Origin: Planctomycetota bacterium
GTDB lineage: Bacteria > Planctomycetota > B15-G4
Length of the DNA stretch: 64,000 nucleotides
Reading direction: 5' to 3'
Assembly: GCA_965248575.1 (NCBI GenBank)
Contig: CBDFJQ010000002.1
Coordinates: 4,320,001 to 4,384,000, forward strand
How positions within the stretch are numbered: position 1 is the first letter of the stretch; the number at the start of each line of letters is the position of its first letter. This document shows positions 21,887 to 32,900 of the stretch, piece by piece. The notes below the pieces were generated by a model. That model saw only the letters and a list, made by a program, of their open reading frames with translations, made no database searches and had not been told where the DNA came from. The position numbers were made by a program, and so were the translations under genes.

Positions 21887-22938
21887 ACGTCGAGCAGTCT
21901 GAGACCACCGAACGGACAGGCCCCTACGCAGTGTTTGGTGCGATCCTCTTGAGCCTGCTCGGCTTCGGACTCGTCGCCTTCGCGATGTCGACCCTCGCCC
22001 CGTGGCCAGACGATTTCGCGATCACTGCGAAGCTCGAGCACCTGCGCGAACATCCGGAAGACTACGACACGCTCTTCATCGGCAAGAGTCATGTGTTCCG
22101 CTCGTTCATCCCGAACGTGATTGACGAGCGTCTCGAGCAGCAGGGCATTCGCATGCGCTCCTTCAACCTGGGCGGTCCCGGGATGAGCGCGCCCGAGATC
22201 GACCATGTGTTGCGCACGGTCCTGGAGATCGAGGGCCTGCATCTCAAATACGTCTTCATCGAAACCCCGGATTGGCACGACTTCGCCAATGAGGACCTGG
22301 AGACGAACCGGGCCTTGAACTGGCACACGCCACGGCAGACGTGGCGCGCTGTTCGGGACGTGAGCGTGACCACGTCGACATGGGGCGAGCGAAGCCGTTT
22401 GGCCTGGCCACATCTGAAGCTGCTCTGGATGCGTGCGACGGCCTACGGACAGGGCGAACACTTCGTCGTGAATCGACTGGTCGCAGCTGAGCAGCCTCTG
22501 TCCGCGGAGGCCGTGGCGCGCGATCGCGGATACCAGGGGCTGGACGATCTCGGTACGCCTGAGATGATCCGACGGCGGGAGGCGTTCGTCCGGAACCGCT
22601 CGAAGTATCGGCAGCGGGTGGACGGGATCATTTCGGGGAATCAGCAGCCCTGCGATCTCGAGCACTACGACTTTGAGGCGCTGACCGAGCAGATCGACCT
22701 GATCAAGGCTGCAGGAGCCCGTCCCATCTACATCGCGCCTCCGAGCATGTTCCCGGATGCCCAGGCCCAGGAACTGTCGAGGCAGGGCCATCTTCCGGAC
22801 CTGATGGTCTTCAACGATCCCGTGCAATACCCGGACCTGTATCGCTTCAGCAGGCGCTTCGATGGGCACCTGAATCAGCAGGGTGCGATGGAGTTCAGCC
22901 AGCTTTTCGCGGACCACCTTCTCAGCGGCCTGAACTGA
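21883..22938 (+). CDS. SGNH-like (DUF1574/AlgJ/DltD-like) membrane-anchored protein
   Basis: N-terminal TM, DTLFIGKSH, SFNLG, FDGHLNQQGA; next to an MBOAT gene. Confidence 0.7.
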   Translation: MNVEQSETTERTGPYAVFGAILLSLLGFGLVAFAMSTLAPWPDDFAITAKLEHLREHPEDYDTLFIGKSHVFRSFIPNVIDERLEQQGIRMRSFNLGGPGMSAPEIDHVLRTVLEIEGLHLKYVFIETPDWHDFANEDLETNRALNWHTPRQTWRAVRDVSVTTSTWGERSRLAWPHLKLLWMRATAYGQGEHFVVNRLVAAEQPLSAEAVARDRGYQGLDDLGTPEMIRRREAFVRNRSKYRQRVDGIISGNQQPCDLEHYDFEALTEQIDLIKAAGARPIYIAPPSMFPDAQAQELSRQGHLPDLMVFNDPVQYPDLYRFSRRFDGHLNQQGAMEFSQLFADHLLSGLN

Positions 22939-22976
22939 TGTTTCATCGCGAGACGAGGCCGGAGTCAACGCCCTAG

Positions 22977-24386
22977 ATGCTCTTCACCGAAGGGCGGTTC
23001 TTCCTCTTCTTCTTCCTGGTGCTCGGGGTGCACTGGGCGCTGCGGTCGTTCCGGGCACGCAAGCTATGGCTGCTTCTTTGTAGCTACGCGTTCTACGCGG
23101 GGTGGGACTGGCGCTTTCTCTCGCTGATCATCTTCTCCACATGCGTTGACTTCTACGTCGGACGGCGGATCCACGCCGCCGAGGAGGGGCGGTCGCGAAG
23201 GCTGTGGCTGATACTCAGCATGTCGGCCAACCTCGGTCTGCTGGGTTTCTTCAAGTACTACAACTTCTTCGCTGACTCGGCGGCCGACCTCCTGCGCTGG
23301 TTCGGCTTCAGCCCGAACGAGACCACGCTGCTGATCGTCCTGCCCGTGGGAATCAGCTTCTACACGTTCCAGACGATGAGCTACACGATCGACATCTACC
23401 GTCGACACTTGAAGCCCGTCTCGAGCTTCTCGGATTTCGCGCTCTTCGTCGGCTTCTTTCCGCAGTTGGTTGCCGGGCCGATCGTCCGTGCCATCGAGTT
23501 CCTGCCGCAGCTCGAGGAGAAACGCACCTTTGCGCGCCACGTGCAGGTGCGGGCGGCGCTCACGCTGTTCCTGGTGGGTTTCGTCAAGAAGGCCTGCGTA
23601 GCGGACCACGCTGCCGAGATCATCGATGTGGTGTTCACGGATCCCGCTTCCTGGTCCACCTCCAGCAACTGGCTGTCACTGCTGATGTATCACATCCAGC
23701 TATACTGTGATTTCTCCGGCTACAGCGACATGGCGATCGGCAGTGCCGGGCTGCTCGGCTTCAAGCTGCCCTTGAACTTCGACTTCCCCTACTTCGCCCG
23801 GAACATCGCAGAGCTGTGGCGCCGCTGGCACATCACGCTGTCGTCGTGGATCAAGGACTACCTGTTCGTTCCTCTCGGGGGCAGTCGCTCCAAGGCCGGC
23901 AGATTGATCTTCAACGTCTGCCTGACCTGGGCATTGTGCGGGCTGTGGCACGGGGCCGGATGGAACTACGTCGTCTGGGGGCTGATCAACGCGACGTACC
24001 TGTTGATCTTCCGGGTGTGGAGCCCGAGTGCTGCGGCCAAGAGCCTGCCGGGCCGTCTCATTCATTTCGCGGGCATCCCGCTGACCAACCTGTTCTGGTT
24101 GTGGTCATTGGTCTGCTTCCGCGGACAGTCATTCGGGTCGATGATGGACATGCTCCGGATCACCGTGGGCTTGCAGGTCGGAGGAGCCGAACAGGTGGAC
24201 CCCAACTGGTGGGCCTACGTCGTCGGGTGCGGCATCGTCCACTGGTGCTTCTGGAAGTTGCACGTCACGGAGCGTCTGGCTGCATTGGGAACGCGCTCGT
24301 TCGCTCTTGCCTACGGCATCCTGTGGGCCCTCGTGCTGCCCTGGGTCGCAACGGGCTACACGCCGTTCATCTACTTCCAGTTCTAG
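22977..24386 (+). CDS. MBOAT O-acyltransferase (AlgI/PatA-like)
   Basis: LPVGISFYTFQTMSY, FFPQLVAGPI, YCDFSGYSDMAIG, WRRWHITLS, GLWHGA, C-terminal PFIYFQF. Confidence 0.95.
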   Translation: MLFTEGRFFLFFFLVLGVHWALRSFRARKLWLLLCSYAFYAGWDWRFLSLIIFSTCVDFYVGRRIHAAEEGRSRRLWLILSMSANLGLLGFFKYYNFFADSAADLLRWFGFSPNETTLLIVLPVGISFYTFQTMSYTIDIYRRHLKPVSSFSDFALFVGFFPQLVAGPIVRAIEFLPQLEEKRTFARHVQVRAALTLFLVGFVKKACVADHAAEIIDVVFTDPASWSTSSNWLSLLMYHIQLYCDFSGYSDMAIGSAGLLGFKLPLNFDFPYFARNIAELWRRWHITLSSWIKDYLFVPLGGSRSKAGRLIFNVCLTWALCGLWHGAGWNYVVWGLINATYLLIFRVWSPSAAAKSLPGRLIHFAGIPLTNLFWLWSLVCFRGQSFGSMMDMLRITVGLQVGGAEQVDPNWWAYVVGCGIVHWCFWKLHVTERLAALGTRSFALAYGILWALVLPWVATGYTPFIYFQF

Positions 24387-24594
24387 TCGAGTTGGGGGGG
24401 GCGACCCGCCACGGTCGCGCGTCCCTCCGCTCGCGTTGCTGGCGCCCAGGGTCATCCGGCGCCCAATGCGACCGTGTTGATCTTCGAAACACCTTCCGGC
24501 GTCGATGGCAACCAGGCAGACAACAGCGTCCTGGCGGGAGGCCCGGCGACAGCGCCGCTCCAGGAATCCGTCGGGATTTGGGGTCTGGGCCCGT

Positions 24595-24623
24595 TCTTAT
24601 CAATCACCTGATACTCTTATCAG
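24595..24623. promoter_or_regulatory. Candidate operator upstream of the multiheme cytochrome gene
   Basis: Palindrome CTGATA-ctct-TATCAG (24608-24623) and direct repeat TCTTATCA (24595, 24615) in an AT-rich patch. Confidence 0.5.
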
Positions 24624-24667
24624 TATATATGGCATCCAGGTGACCCAGGCCCTCTCCCGAGCCCCCC

Positions 24668-26845
24668 ATGACCTCCTCCGACCCGTCCGCTGGCCCCTCC
24701 GCCGACCCGTCCCCCGGCAGAGACTGGCGCGTACAGCGCATCGCTGGCTGGACGTCCCTCCTGGCCCGCTGGGTGAGCGGCCAGACGCTGTTCCTGCTGA
24801 TCACCGGCTTGAGCGTGCTGCTGCTGCCGACGAGCGTGTTCAACCAGCACGCCGTCCTGGTGCACACCGCGCTCGGCCTGATCTTCCTGCCGCCCTTCCT
24901 GCTCTACACGTGGCGGCACGTGCGCGACTACTGGGACTACCCGCTCACGCACGGCAAGTTCACTGGCTGGGTGTCGGGCGGCATGGCCGTGGTCTGCCTC
25001 CTGTCCGGAGTCGTGCTCACCTGGAATGGGCTGTTCGACGTGCGCCGCAGCGAGAGCTGGCGCATGGTGCACATCGTCACCACCGTGGGCCTCGTGTTGT
25101 TCCTCGTGCCGCACCTCGCCGCGGTGCTGTTGGTGGAGCGGCGCAAGCGCACGCAACCGGCGTCGGCCGAACTGTTGGCGCGCGCCTCTGTGCACGGGCG
25201 CTACGCGATGCTCGCCACCATCGCCTGCCTCGGGATCACCGGCGCCTTCTGCGTCGCCCTACCACCCATGGCCTTCGTGAACGAGTTCCCCGAGGGTTAC
25301 GAGGCGCCGGAGGGCGGGCCTTTCGTCCCCAGCCTCGCGCGCACCGACACCGGCGGCGCCTTCGACGAACGCACGCTGGCCGGCAGCTCCGGCTGCGGCA
25401 CCTCTGGTTGCCACACCGAGATCTGGGAGGAGTGGCAGCCGAGCGCCCACCGCTATGCGGCCATGGACGCCGGCTTCCAGGCCATCCAGGGCGTCATGGC
25501 AGAGCAGAACGGGCCGGTCAGCACGCGCTACTGCGGCGGTTGCCACGACCCCATCTCGCTCTTCGCGGGGGCCAAGCGCATCGGCGGAGAAGAGCTCACC
25601 GCGCGCCCCGGTCACGACGAAGGCATCTCGTGCCTGTCCTGCCATGCCATCGAGGAGACGGACGTCAAGGGCAACGCCAACTACGTGATGACGCAGCCGC
25701 CGCGCTACGTCTACGAAGGCCTGGACGGCGCGCTGCCCAAGCTGCTCAGCGACTTCCTGATCCGCACCTACCCGGACCAGCACGTGGCCATGCTGAGCCG
25801 GCGCATGTTCAAGACTCCGGAGTTCTGCGCCGCCTGCCACAAGCAGTTCATCGACGAAACGGTCAACCGCGTGGGCTGGGTGCAGCTGCAGAACCAGTAC
25901 GACAACTGGAAGGCCAGTCGCTGGCACGACGAGGACGACCCGCGCCGCACCATCGAGTGCCGTGAGTGCCACATGCCGCTCATGGACTCCAGCGACCCGG
26001 CTTCCGGCGACGACGCCGACTGGAACCGCAGCGCGGACGACGGCAAGCACCGCAGCCACCGCTTCCTGGGCGCCAACCAGTACCTGCCGGTGCTCATGGA
26101 CCTGCCCGGCGGCCAGGAACAAGCGGACCTCACCGAGCAGTGGCTGCGCGGCGAGTACCCGATCCCGGAGATCGCCGACCGCTGGACGGAAGGCCCCGCG
26201 GTGCCGATCGAGGTGGACGCACCGCGCGAGGTCTTTGCTGGCGACACCGTGCCGCTGCGCGTGCACATCGGCAACAACAAGGTGGGCCACGACTTCCCCA
26301 CCGGCCCGCTGGACATCATCCAGGCCTGGGTCGAGATCAGCGTCACGGACGAGGCCGGTGAGGTCGTGTTCCACACGGGCCAGCGCGACGAGCGCTCGTT
26401 CATCGAGCCCGGCGCCTACATGTTCAAGGCCGAGCCGGTGGACCGCTACGGCAACCTCATTGACCGGCACAACCTGTGGGAGATGGTGGGCGTGCGCTTC
26501 AAGCGGGCTCTGTTCCCCGGCGCCGGCGAGGTGGCCAGCTTCGACTTCCCCTGCCCCGGCACGGCGACCGGCGAGATGGAGGACCTGCCGCGCATCGAGA
26601 GCGAGATGGTCGCTGTGCCCAGCGACGCCGTCGGTCGCCTCACGGTGAAGGCCTCATTGAACTACCGCAAGTTCGACCAGTACCTCTTGGACTTCGCCTT
26701 CGGGGCGGACTCGGGGCTCACCGCGCCGGTCACGGTGATGGCCACTGACGAGACCACCATCGACATCCTGCCCGGCAGTCGGCCCCTGGGGACCGACCTG
26801 CCAGCGGCCCTCACGCCAGCCACCAGCGACGACGAAGGAGACTGA
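24668..26845 (+). CDS. Membrane-bound multiheme c-type cytochrome (c554-like)
   Basis: About 5 N-terminal TMs; CGGCH, CLSCH, CAACH, CRECH plus atypical CGTSGCH; GHDFPTG motif. Confidence 0.9.
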   Translation: MTSSDPSAGPSADPSPGRDWRVQRIAGWTSLLARWVSGQTLFLLITGLSVLLLPTSVFNQHAVLVHTALGLIFLPPFLLYTWRHVRDYWDYPLTHGKFTGWVSGGMAVVCLLSGVVLTWNGLFDVRRSESWRMVHIVTTVGLVLFLVPHLAAVLLVERRKRTQPASAELLARASVHGRYAMLATIACLGITGAFCVALPPMAFVNEFPEGYEAPEGGPFVPSLARTDTGGAFDERTLAGSSGCGTSGCHTEIWEEWQPSAHRYAAMDAGFQAIQGVMAEQNGPVSTRYCGGCHDPISLFAGAKRIGGEELTARPGHDEGISCLSCHAIEETDVKGNANYVMTQPPRYVYEGLDGALPKLLSDFLIRTYPDQHVAMLSRRMFKTPEFCAACHKQFIDETVNRVGWVQLQNQYDNWKASRWHDEDDPRRTIECRECHMPLMDSSDPASGDDADWNRSADDGKHRSHRFLGANQYLPVLMDLPGGQEQADLTEQWLRGEYPIPEIADRWTEGPAVPIEVDAPREVFAGDTVPLRVHIGNNKVGHDFPTGPLDIIQAWVEISVTDEAGEVVFHTGQRDERSFIEPGAYMFKAEPVDRYGNLIDRHNLWEMVGVRFKRALFPGAGEVASFDFPCPGTATGEMEDLPRIESEMVAVPSDAVGRLTVKASLNYRKFDQYLLDFAFGADSGLTAPVTVMATDETTIDILPGSRPLGTDLPAALTPATSDDEGD

Positions 26846-26848
26846 GTC

Positions 26849-29443
26849 TTGGCTTCCATCTTCGCGCGTCGTCGGACGCGCCGCTCGCTGCTCGTTTCCG
26901 GCTTCGCGCTGTCGGGCGTCCTGGCCTGGATGGTGTTCAGCGATGACGCCGAGACGTACGTCCCCGGAGAACAGACTGACGGCCTGACCGACTCGCTGCG
27001 TCGCAACCTGCCGGACGACACGCCGTCCATCCGCTTGGTGGAGGTCGGGGAGTCGGCGGGCCTCGAGTTCGTGCACTTTCCGTATGAGCGATCGAACCGG
27101 CTGCCCGAGGACATGGGGGCGGGCGTGGCTCTAGGCGACGTGGACGGCGACGGGTTCACGGATGTCTTCCTGGTGAACTCGCATCCGGAGGCTGTCGAGG
27201 CCGAACCCGGTACCAAACCCGGTACCGAAGCCGCCTGCCGCCTGTTCCGCAACACCGGCGATGGCCGTCTGGTGGACATCACCGAGACCTCCGGAGCAGG
27301 CCTGATCCTGCAGGGCTTCGCGGCCGTTTTCCTGGACCGCGAGGGCGACGGCGACCTCGACCTCATGGTCAGCTCGCTGGGCAGCTGTCGGCTGCTGGAC
27401 AACGACGGCGCCGGGCACTTCAGCGACGTGAGTGCAGAGGCAGGGCTGGACGCACACCAGGGCTTCTGGACCGGCCTCGCGTCAGGAGATGTGGACGGCG
27501 ACGACGACGTGGACGTCTATGTGTGCGGCTACGTGGCCTACGACGAGAGCGCCGTGAACGCGGGCTCGCTCAGCAGCCAGTTCGGCCTGGACATCCCCTC
27601 GCTGATCAACCCCTCGGCCTTCGAGTCGGAGCGCAACTTGCTGCTGCTCAACGACGGCACGGGGCGCTTCACCGACGGCGCGCAGGCCGCGGGTGTGGTC
27701 AACCCGGGCGGCCGCAGCCTGGGCGCCTCCATCGCGGACTTCTCCGGCGACGGCCTGCCCGACCTCTACGTGGCCAACGACGTCTCGGACAACGCGCTCT
27801 ACATCAACCGCGGCGACGGGCGCTTCGAGGACCTCACCACCCGTGCGCTGGTGGGCGACTACCGCGGCGCCATGGGCCTGGCCGTGGGCGACGTGGACGG
27901 CGACCTCGACCCCGACCTGTTCATCACGCACTGGGTGGGTCAGGAGAACGCGCTGTATCTGAACCTGGCCGCCGAGACCGCGGAGCAGCAAGCCGCCGAG
28001 ATCCTGTTCATGGACATGGCCGATCGGCACGGCCTGGGGCAGGTGGCCCTGCCGATGGTGGGCTGGGGTTCGTCGCTGCTGGACCTGGACAGCGACGGGC
28101 GGCTCGACCTGCACGTGGTGAACGGCCACACGATCCCCGAGCGCGACGACCGCTCTCTGCTGGGTGCACAGGAAGACCACGTCTTCTGGAACGCCGGGCC
28201 GAAGCGCGGCTTCTTCCAGCTGGGCGCCTTCGCCGGCGAGTCCTTCGCAGAGGAGACGGTGGGGCGGGGCAGCGCGCGCTTCGACCTGGAGCTGGACGGC
28301 GACCCCGATCTGGTCGTGATGGTGCACGGCGACCGGCCGCTGCTGCTGCGCAACGACACGCCCGCGGCGGCGCATGGCCGGCTGGTGGTGCGCCCGCGGC
28401 AGCCGGCGGGCAACACGCAGGCGCTCGGTGCGCGCGTGGAGCTGCTGGCAGACGGGCATCGGCAGGTGCGCTGGATCGGCAGCCAGGGCAGCTACCTCTC
28501 GCAGCACGCCGTGGGTGAGGCGGCCTTCGGTCTGGGCGCCGCCACACTGGTGGACGAGCTCCTGATCACCTGGCCCGACGGGACGACGGAAACGAAGACA
28601 GATGTGCCAGCGGACCAGCTACTGACCTGGGTGCGCGGGCAGGAGCCGGAATTGGCATGGTTGCCCGGCCGCGTGGCGCAGTGGCGCGTGTCGGCCGGCG
28701 CGCCGCCCACCGATCCCGAGCAGCGCCGCGCCTTCCATCGTCTGCTGGACGAGGCCGCCGACGCGCGCATTGCCGGCAACACGCAGGCCGCGCTGGCGCT
28801 CTACGGCGAGGCCCTCGCGCTGTGGCCCGGACACGACGACGGGACCTATTACCGCGCCAACTGCTTGCTCGAGCTGGGTCGCGAGCAGGAGGCCGTGCAT
28901 CTCTTCGAGCTGCTGGTCCAGTTGCACCCGCAGAGCAACCGCGCCTGGATGCAGCTAGGCAAGCTGCGTCTGCCCGGTGGTGACCCAGCTTGCGACGACC
29001 TGGCTACCGCGCGCGACGCCTTCGAGCGTGCGCATACCATCAACGGCGAGGAGAGCGGTCCCGTGCTGCACCTGGCGCTGGCCGACCTGCTGGCGGGCGA
29101 GCTGGCCGCCGCCCGCGAGGGTTTCGAGCACGCGGCGCGCACCAACGCCCGCGACGTACCCAGCCGCTACTTCGCGGGCTATCTGGCATGGACGCAGGGC
29201 GAGGGCGACGCGGCGACCAAGTGGCTGGCCGAAGCGCGCACGGCGGCCGCCGGGCAGCTGGGTGCCGGCAACTCACCTTCGTCCGAGGGCGACACCAAGA
29301 CGGGCAAGGCGTTGGTGGCCAGCGTCGGCCCGGGTACGACGCACCCGGTGCTCGACCGCTGGCGAAGCGTGCTGGTGCGCGAGGGTGCCGTCGACGAGGA
29401 GTACGGGCCGGTGACGGAGGCGCTGCTCGGCGAGACGCCGTGA
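26849..29443 (+). CDS. CRTAC1-like FG-GAP/ASPIC-UnbV protein with C-terminal TPRs
   Basis: Repeated DxDGDGxxD, GNTQALGARV, GSYLSQH...FGLG, ITWPDG, TPR helices. Confidence 0.9.
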   Translation: MASIFARRRTRRSLLVSGFALSGVLAWMVFSDDAETYVPGEQTDGLTDSLRRNLPDDTPSIRLVEVGESAGLEFVHFPYERSNRLPEDMGAGVALGDVDGDGFTDVFLVNSHPEAVEAEPGTKPGTEAACRLFRNTGDGRLVDITETSGAGLILQGFAAVFLDREGDGDLDLMVSSLGSCRLLDNDGAGHFSDVSAEAGLDAHQGFWTGLASGDVDGDDDVDVYVCGYVAYDESAVNAGSLSSQFGLDIPSLINPSAFESERNLLLLNDGTGRFTDGAQAAGVVNPGGRSLGASIADFSGDGLPDLYVANDVSDNALYINRGDGRFEDLTTRALVGDYRGAMGLAVGDVDGDLDPDLFITHWVGQENALYLNLAAETAEQQAAEILFMDMADRHGLGQVALPMVGWGSSLLDLDSDGRLDLHVVNGHTIPERDDRSLLGAQEDHVFWNAGPKRGFFQLGAFAGESFAEETVGRGSARFDLELDGDPDLVVMVHGDRPLLLRNDTPAAAHGRLVVRPRQPAGNTQALGARVELLADGHRQVRWIGSQGSYLSQHAVGEAAFGLGAATLVDELLITWPDGTTETKTDVPADQLLTWVRGQEPELAWLPGRVAQWRVSAGAPPTDPEQRRAFHRLLDEAADARIAGNTQAALALYGEALALWPGHDDGTYYRANCLLELGREQEAVHLFELLVQLHPQSNRAWMQLGKLRLPGGDPACDDLATARDAFERAHTINGEESGPVLHLALADLLAGELAAAREGFEHAARTNARDVPSRYFAGYLAWTQGEGDAATKWLAEARTAAAGQLGAGNSPSSEGDTKTGKALVASVGPGTTHPVLDRWRSVLVREGAVDEEYGPVTEALLGETP

Positions 29444-29463
29444 GCTCGCGTCTCGGTGTCAAG

Positions 29464-29850
29464 TCAGGTAGAGGTGAGCGTGAGCACGACGTGCCCAACC
29501 AGCAACACCGACTCCAAGAGGGCAGCGGTCCATCCGATGCCGCGCGCGGCTGAACTCCTGCTGCTGGCACCCACGGCCGTCAACAAGGTGAGCGCCATGT
29601 GCAGCGGGATGTTCAGGAAAGTGAGTCGGAGCCAGCGGGTGTCCACGAAGTCGACCGTGCTGGCCAGGGCGCCGTCTTCTCCCTGGACAACCAGGTAGAC
29701 GAGCAACCAGATCAGGAAACCTTGCAGCAGCCGGTCGAGCGCCGTGGGCCGAACGGGCCTACGCGGGTCGGCCGCACGTACCACGTCGCGCAAGTGCAGT
29801 ACCTCCTTGAGGCGGGCAGGGGTCGGCGGCTTCGATTCGGACGGCTGCAT
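29464..29850 (-). CDS. Small hypothetical membrane protein
   Basis: Three hydrophobic segments; same strand as and downstream of the Clp-like gene. Confidence 0.5.
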   Translation of the reverse strand: MQPSESKPPTPARLKEVLHLRDVVRAADPRRPVRPTALDRLLQGFLIWLLVYLVVQGEDGALASTVDFVDTRWLRLTFLNIPLHMALTLLTAVGASSRSSAARGIGWTAALLESVLLVGHVVLTLTST

Positions 29851-29921
29851 GGTATGGGCTCAGGCGGCTACGCGTGCGTCGGGGCAGGGGAAGATCCCTC
29901 TGCAGCCCACGAAGTTTCGTC

Positions 29922-32900
29922 TCAGCGCGTTCCCAGCACGTCGAACTCGCCACCCATGACACGTTCCAGCAAGCCGGTCTTGAAATTGCGGACGCTGTCG
30001 CGCACCAGCGGCGAGGGCTGCGCGCGGTAGCGCCGAACGACTCGCTGGGCCCGCTCGCACGCGGCCAGCGCCGTGTGGGCCTGCTCGCGGGCCATGACGA
30101 CGTCGGCGGCCGGCTGCTCAGGCTGCGGGACGACGGTGACCCGCGCCCGGCCGCGAAGGGTCTGCCGCCGGCCCTCGTCGGGGATCTCCTGCACGTGCAG
30201 ACCGCCCTCTGGCTCCAGGATGCGGTAGGCCCCGAAACCCGAGACGCCCAGCACAGTGCGGTGAACCTGACCGTGGGGCGCGTCGTCCGACGAGTTCTCC
30301 AGCACGTCCAGCGACATGCCGCGACGCTGCGCCCAGTGGCGGTACATCTCCACGAGCTGCTGCGCGAAACCGTTGCTGACGTCGGGGTCCACGCCGTCGT
30401 CGGACACGCCCGTCACCTCGATGAAGGTGTCGGCCGGCTGTCCTTCCGCCAGGCCAAGACAGGCGTTCTGCACCAGAAAGACCTGCTGAGCCAAGCGGCC
30501 CACCAGCTTCTGCGAGACGCGGCCGTTCTCGTCGGCGCGGGCGCGGGACAGGCGCTCCAGGATGGAGGTGGCCGTCTCCGTGCCGGTTTCGATGCGGTCC
30601 ATGTACTCGATGCGCCCCAGCACGGCGAAGCGGAGGTCGGCTTCCCAGAAACCAGCTTCCTTCATCTGGTCCAGGGCCTGCTCCTTCTGCTCCCGCCAGG
30701 CATCGCTGTGGACGCGCTCCGACAATTGTTGCGTCCGGTCTCTCAGCAGTGCCAGCTCCTGCGCTGTCCCGTGCGGTTGGAAGACGATCTCCTCCACCTG
30801 CCGGTTCGTTCCTTCCCCGGTCGTGGCGCCTGCGGGCGCCTCCGCGTCGATCGGTGCATCGGGGTCCACGAACTCCACTTGCAGCTGCTGCCCGTTGCTG
30901 CGCACGAAGAGGAACTGATCTCCCTCCGGGTACTGGTGGTGCACGATGGTCTTGGCCAGCGGCGACAGCAGGTAGCGCTCCACGGCACGCTTCAGCGGTC
31001 GTGCGCCGAGGTCCGGCGTGAAGCCCTTGCGAAGCAGGAAGTCGATGGCGGACTCCTCCCACTCGACCGCCCACGAGCGCGTGCGTAGTCCGCGGCGACG
31101 CATCGCGTCAGACAGCTCTTTCTCAAGGATGTCGCGCATGATGGCGCGGCCCAGGGGGCGGAAGGCCACCACGCGGTCGATGCGGTTCACGAACTCGGGC
31201 GCAAAGGCCTGCTCGAGTGCGCGGTCGACACGCTGCGCAGTGGTGGTCCGGCCGAAGCCCACGCCGGAGCTGGCGGACGGCTTGCCGCCCAGGTTGGAGG
31301 TCATGATCACGATGGCGTGCCGGAAGTCGGCGGCGCGGCCCCGCCGGTCGGTGAGCCGCCCGTCGTCGAACAGCTGCAGGAACACGCTGTAGATCTTGGG
31401 GTGGGCCTTCTCGAACTCGTCCAGCAACACCACCGAGAACGGTTGCTGCCGGATGGCGTCCACCAGCGCGCCGCCGCGCCCACCCTCCTGCTCGTCGCCC
31501 AGCACGCGGTCCAGCGAGCCCTCGGCCTGCAGCTCGCTCATGTCCAGGCGGATCATGCGTTCGCCGGAGCCGAACAGGTACTCGGCCAGCGTCTTGGCCA
31601 GCTCCGTCTTGCCGGTCCCGGTGGGGCCCGTGAACAGGAAGACGCCCAGCGGTCGGCTGGGGTCCGTGAGGCCGGCCTTCACCAAGGCCACGCGGTCGAC
31701 CAGGCACTCCACAGCTTCGGGCTGGCCCAGGACACGCTTCTCGAAGAAGCGTTTCAGCGTGTCCAGGTCGAGGCGTGCACGGTGATCCAGCACCGAAACG
31801 GGGATGCCGGTGAGCACGGAGAGCGAGGCCAGCAGGTCGTCGGTGGTGAGGCTGCGCGTCGGGCGGCCGTCGGTGGACAGCGAGCGGCGCGTCGCGTCGA
31901 GGAAGCGCAGCACGCGACCGGGCGCCGCGCGGGAGCCCAGATACTGCCAGCTGAGCTGCACGGCTTCCGCTTCGCAACCGGGCGCCAGGCCCGGCGACCC
32001 GTCGGGAAGCTTGTGGTGCGCACTCCACTCGGCCACCACATCGCGTGCGCCCGCTTCATCGAGGGGCGTCATGCTGTGCAACTGCAAGGCCGTCCGCAGC
32101 CGCGGCTGCTTCAGGAGCATCTCCTGCGAAGCGACGGGGTGTGTCTCCGCCACGATCCTCAGGGCGCCGCTTTCCAGGTGAGGAAACAAGTGGTCCAGCA
32201 CGCTCACAGGGTTCTCCCGGTGGCGCCCGGCCCACATGAGTTCGTGGAAGGAGGGCACGACCCAAAGGACGCGCGGGCGGTTGCCGATCCCCTTCAGCAT
32301 GGTCTGCAGCCGACCTTCGAGCGAGCCGATGTAGCTCTGGTCGGACATGATGTCGCTGGCGCTGGCCTCGAAGACCGTCCAGCCGTCCTTCACCAGGCGC
32401 CGAGCCAGCACGGCGATGCTCGCGCTCTTGCCGATACCCGCCTCGCCCACTAGCAGCACGGACCCTGTGCCCTGCTGCAACAAGCGCTGCAAGTCGTCGA
32501 CCGTTTTCAGCAGCTGGCGGTACTCGAGGACTTCCTCGCTCTCCGGCGCGTCGGCCTGCCCCAGACGGCGGCCGAACTTGTCCAGGAAGGACACGTCGAC
32601 GGCCACAGCGGCGTAGTCCTGATACTCCTTCCTCAGCGTTTCCGCCGCCTCGCCCTGCAGCTGTCGCAAGACTTCGGTCAGGTCGGCGGCCGCTTGGGGC
32701 CGTGACAGAAGATGTTGGGCGAAGGAGGGCTGCTCACCATGCGCCACTTGGCGCTCCAGGAACTCCTGCAGGAACTGGATGGAGAAGCGGGTATCCCAAC
32801 CTCCGTCGAGGCGCGCGAAGACCCGACCCACCAGCGGCCTGGTGCCGCGTGCGCTGAGCGTGCGCAGCACGACATCGCGGGTCCAGTACCCCACCGAGTT

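Noticed and set aside
29922..30800. A genuine prfB (RF2) gene or its programmed frameshift
   Set aside because: The region is in frame with the Clp ATPase, lacks GGQ and SPF, and shows no CTTTGA shift site.
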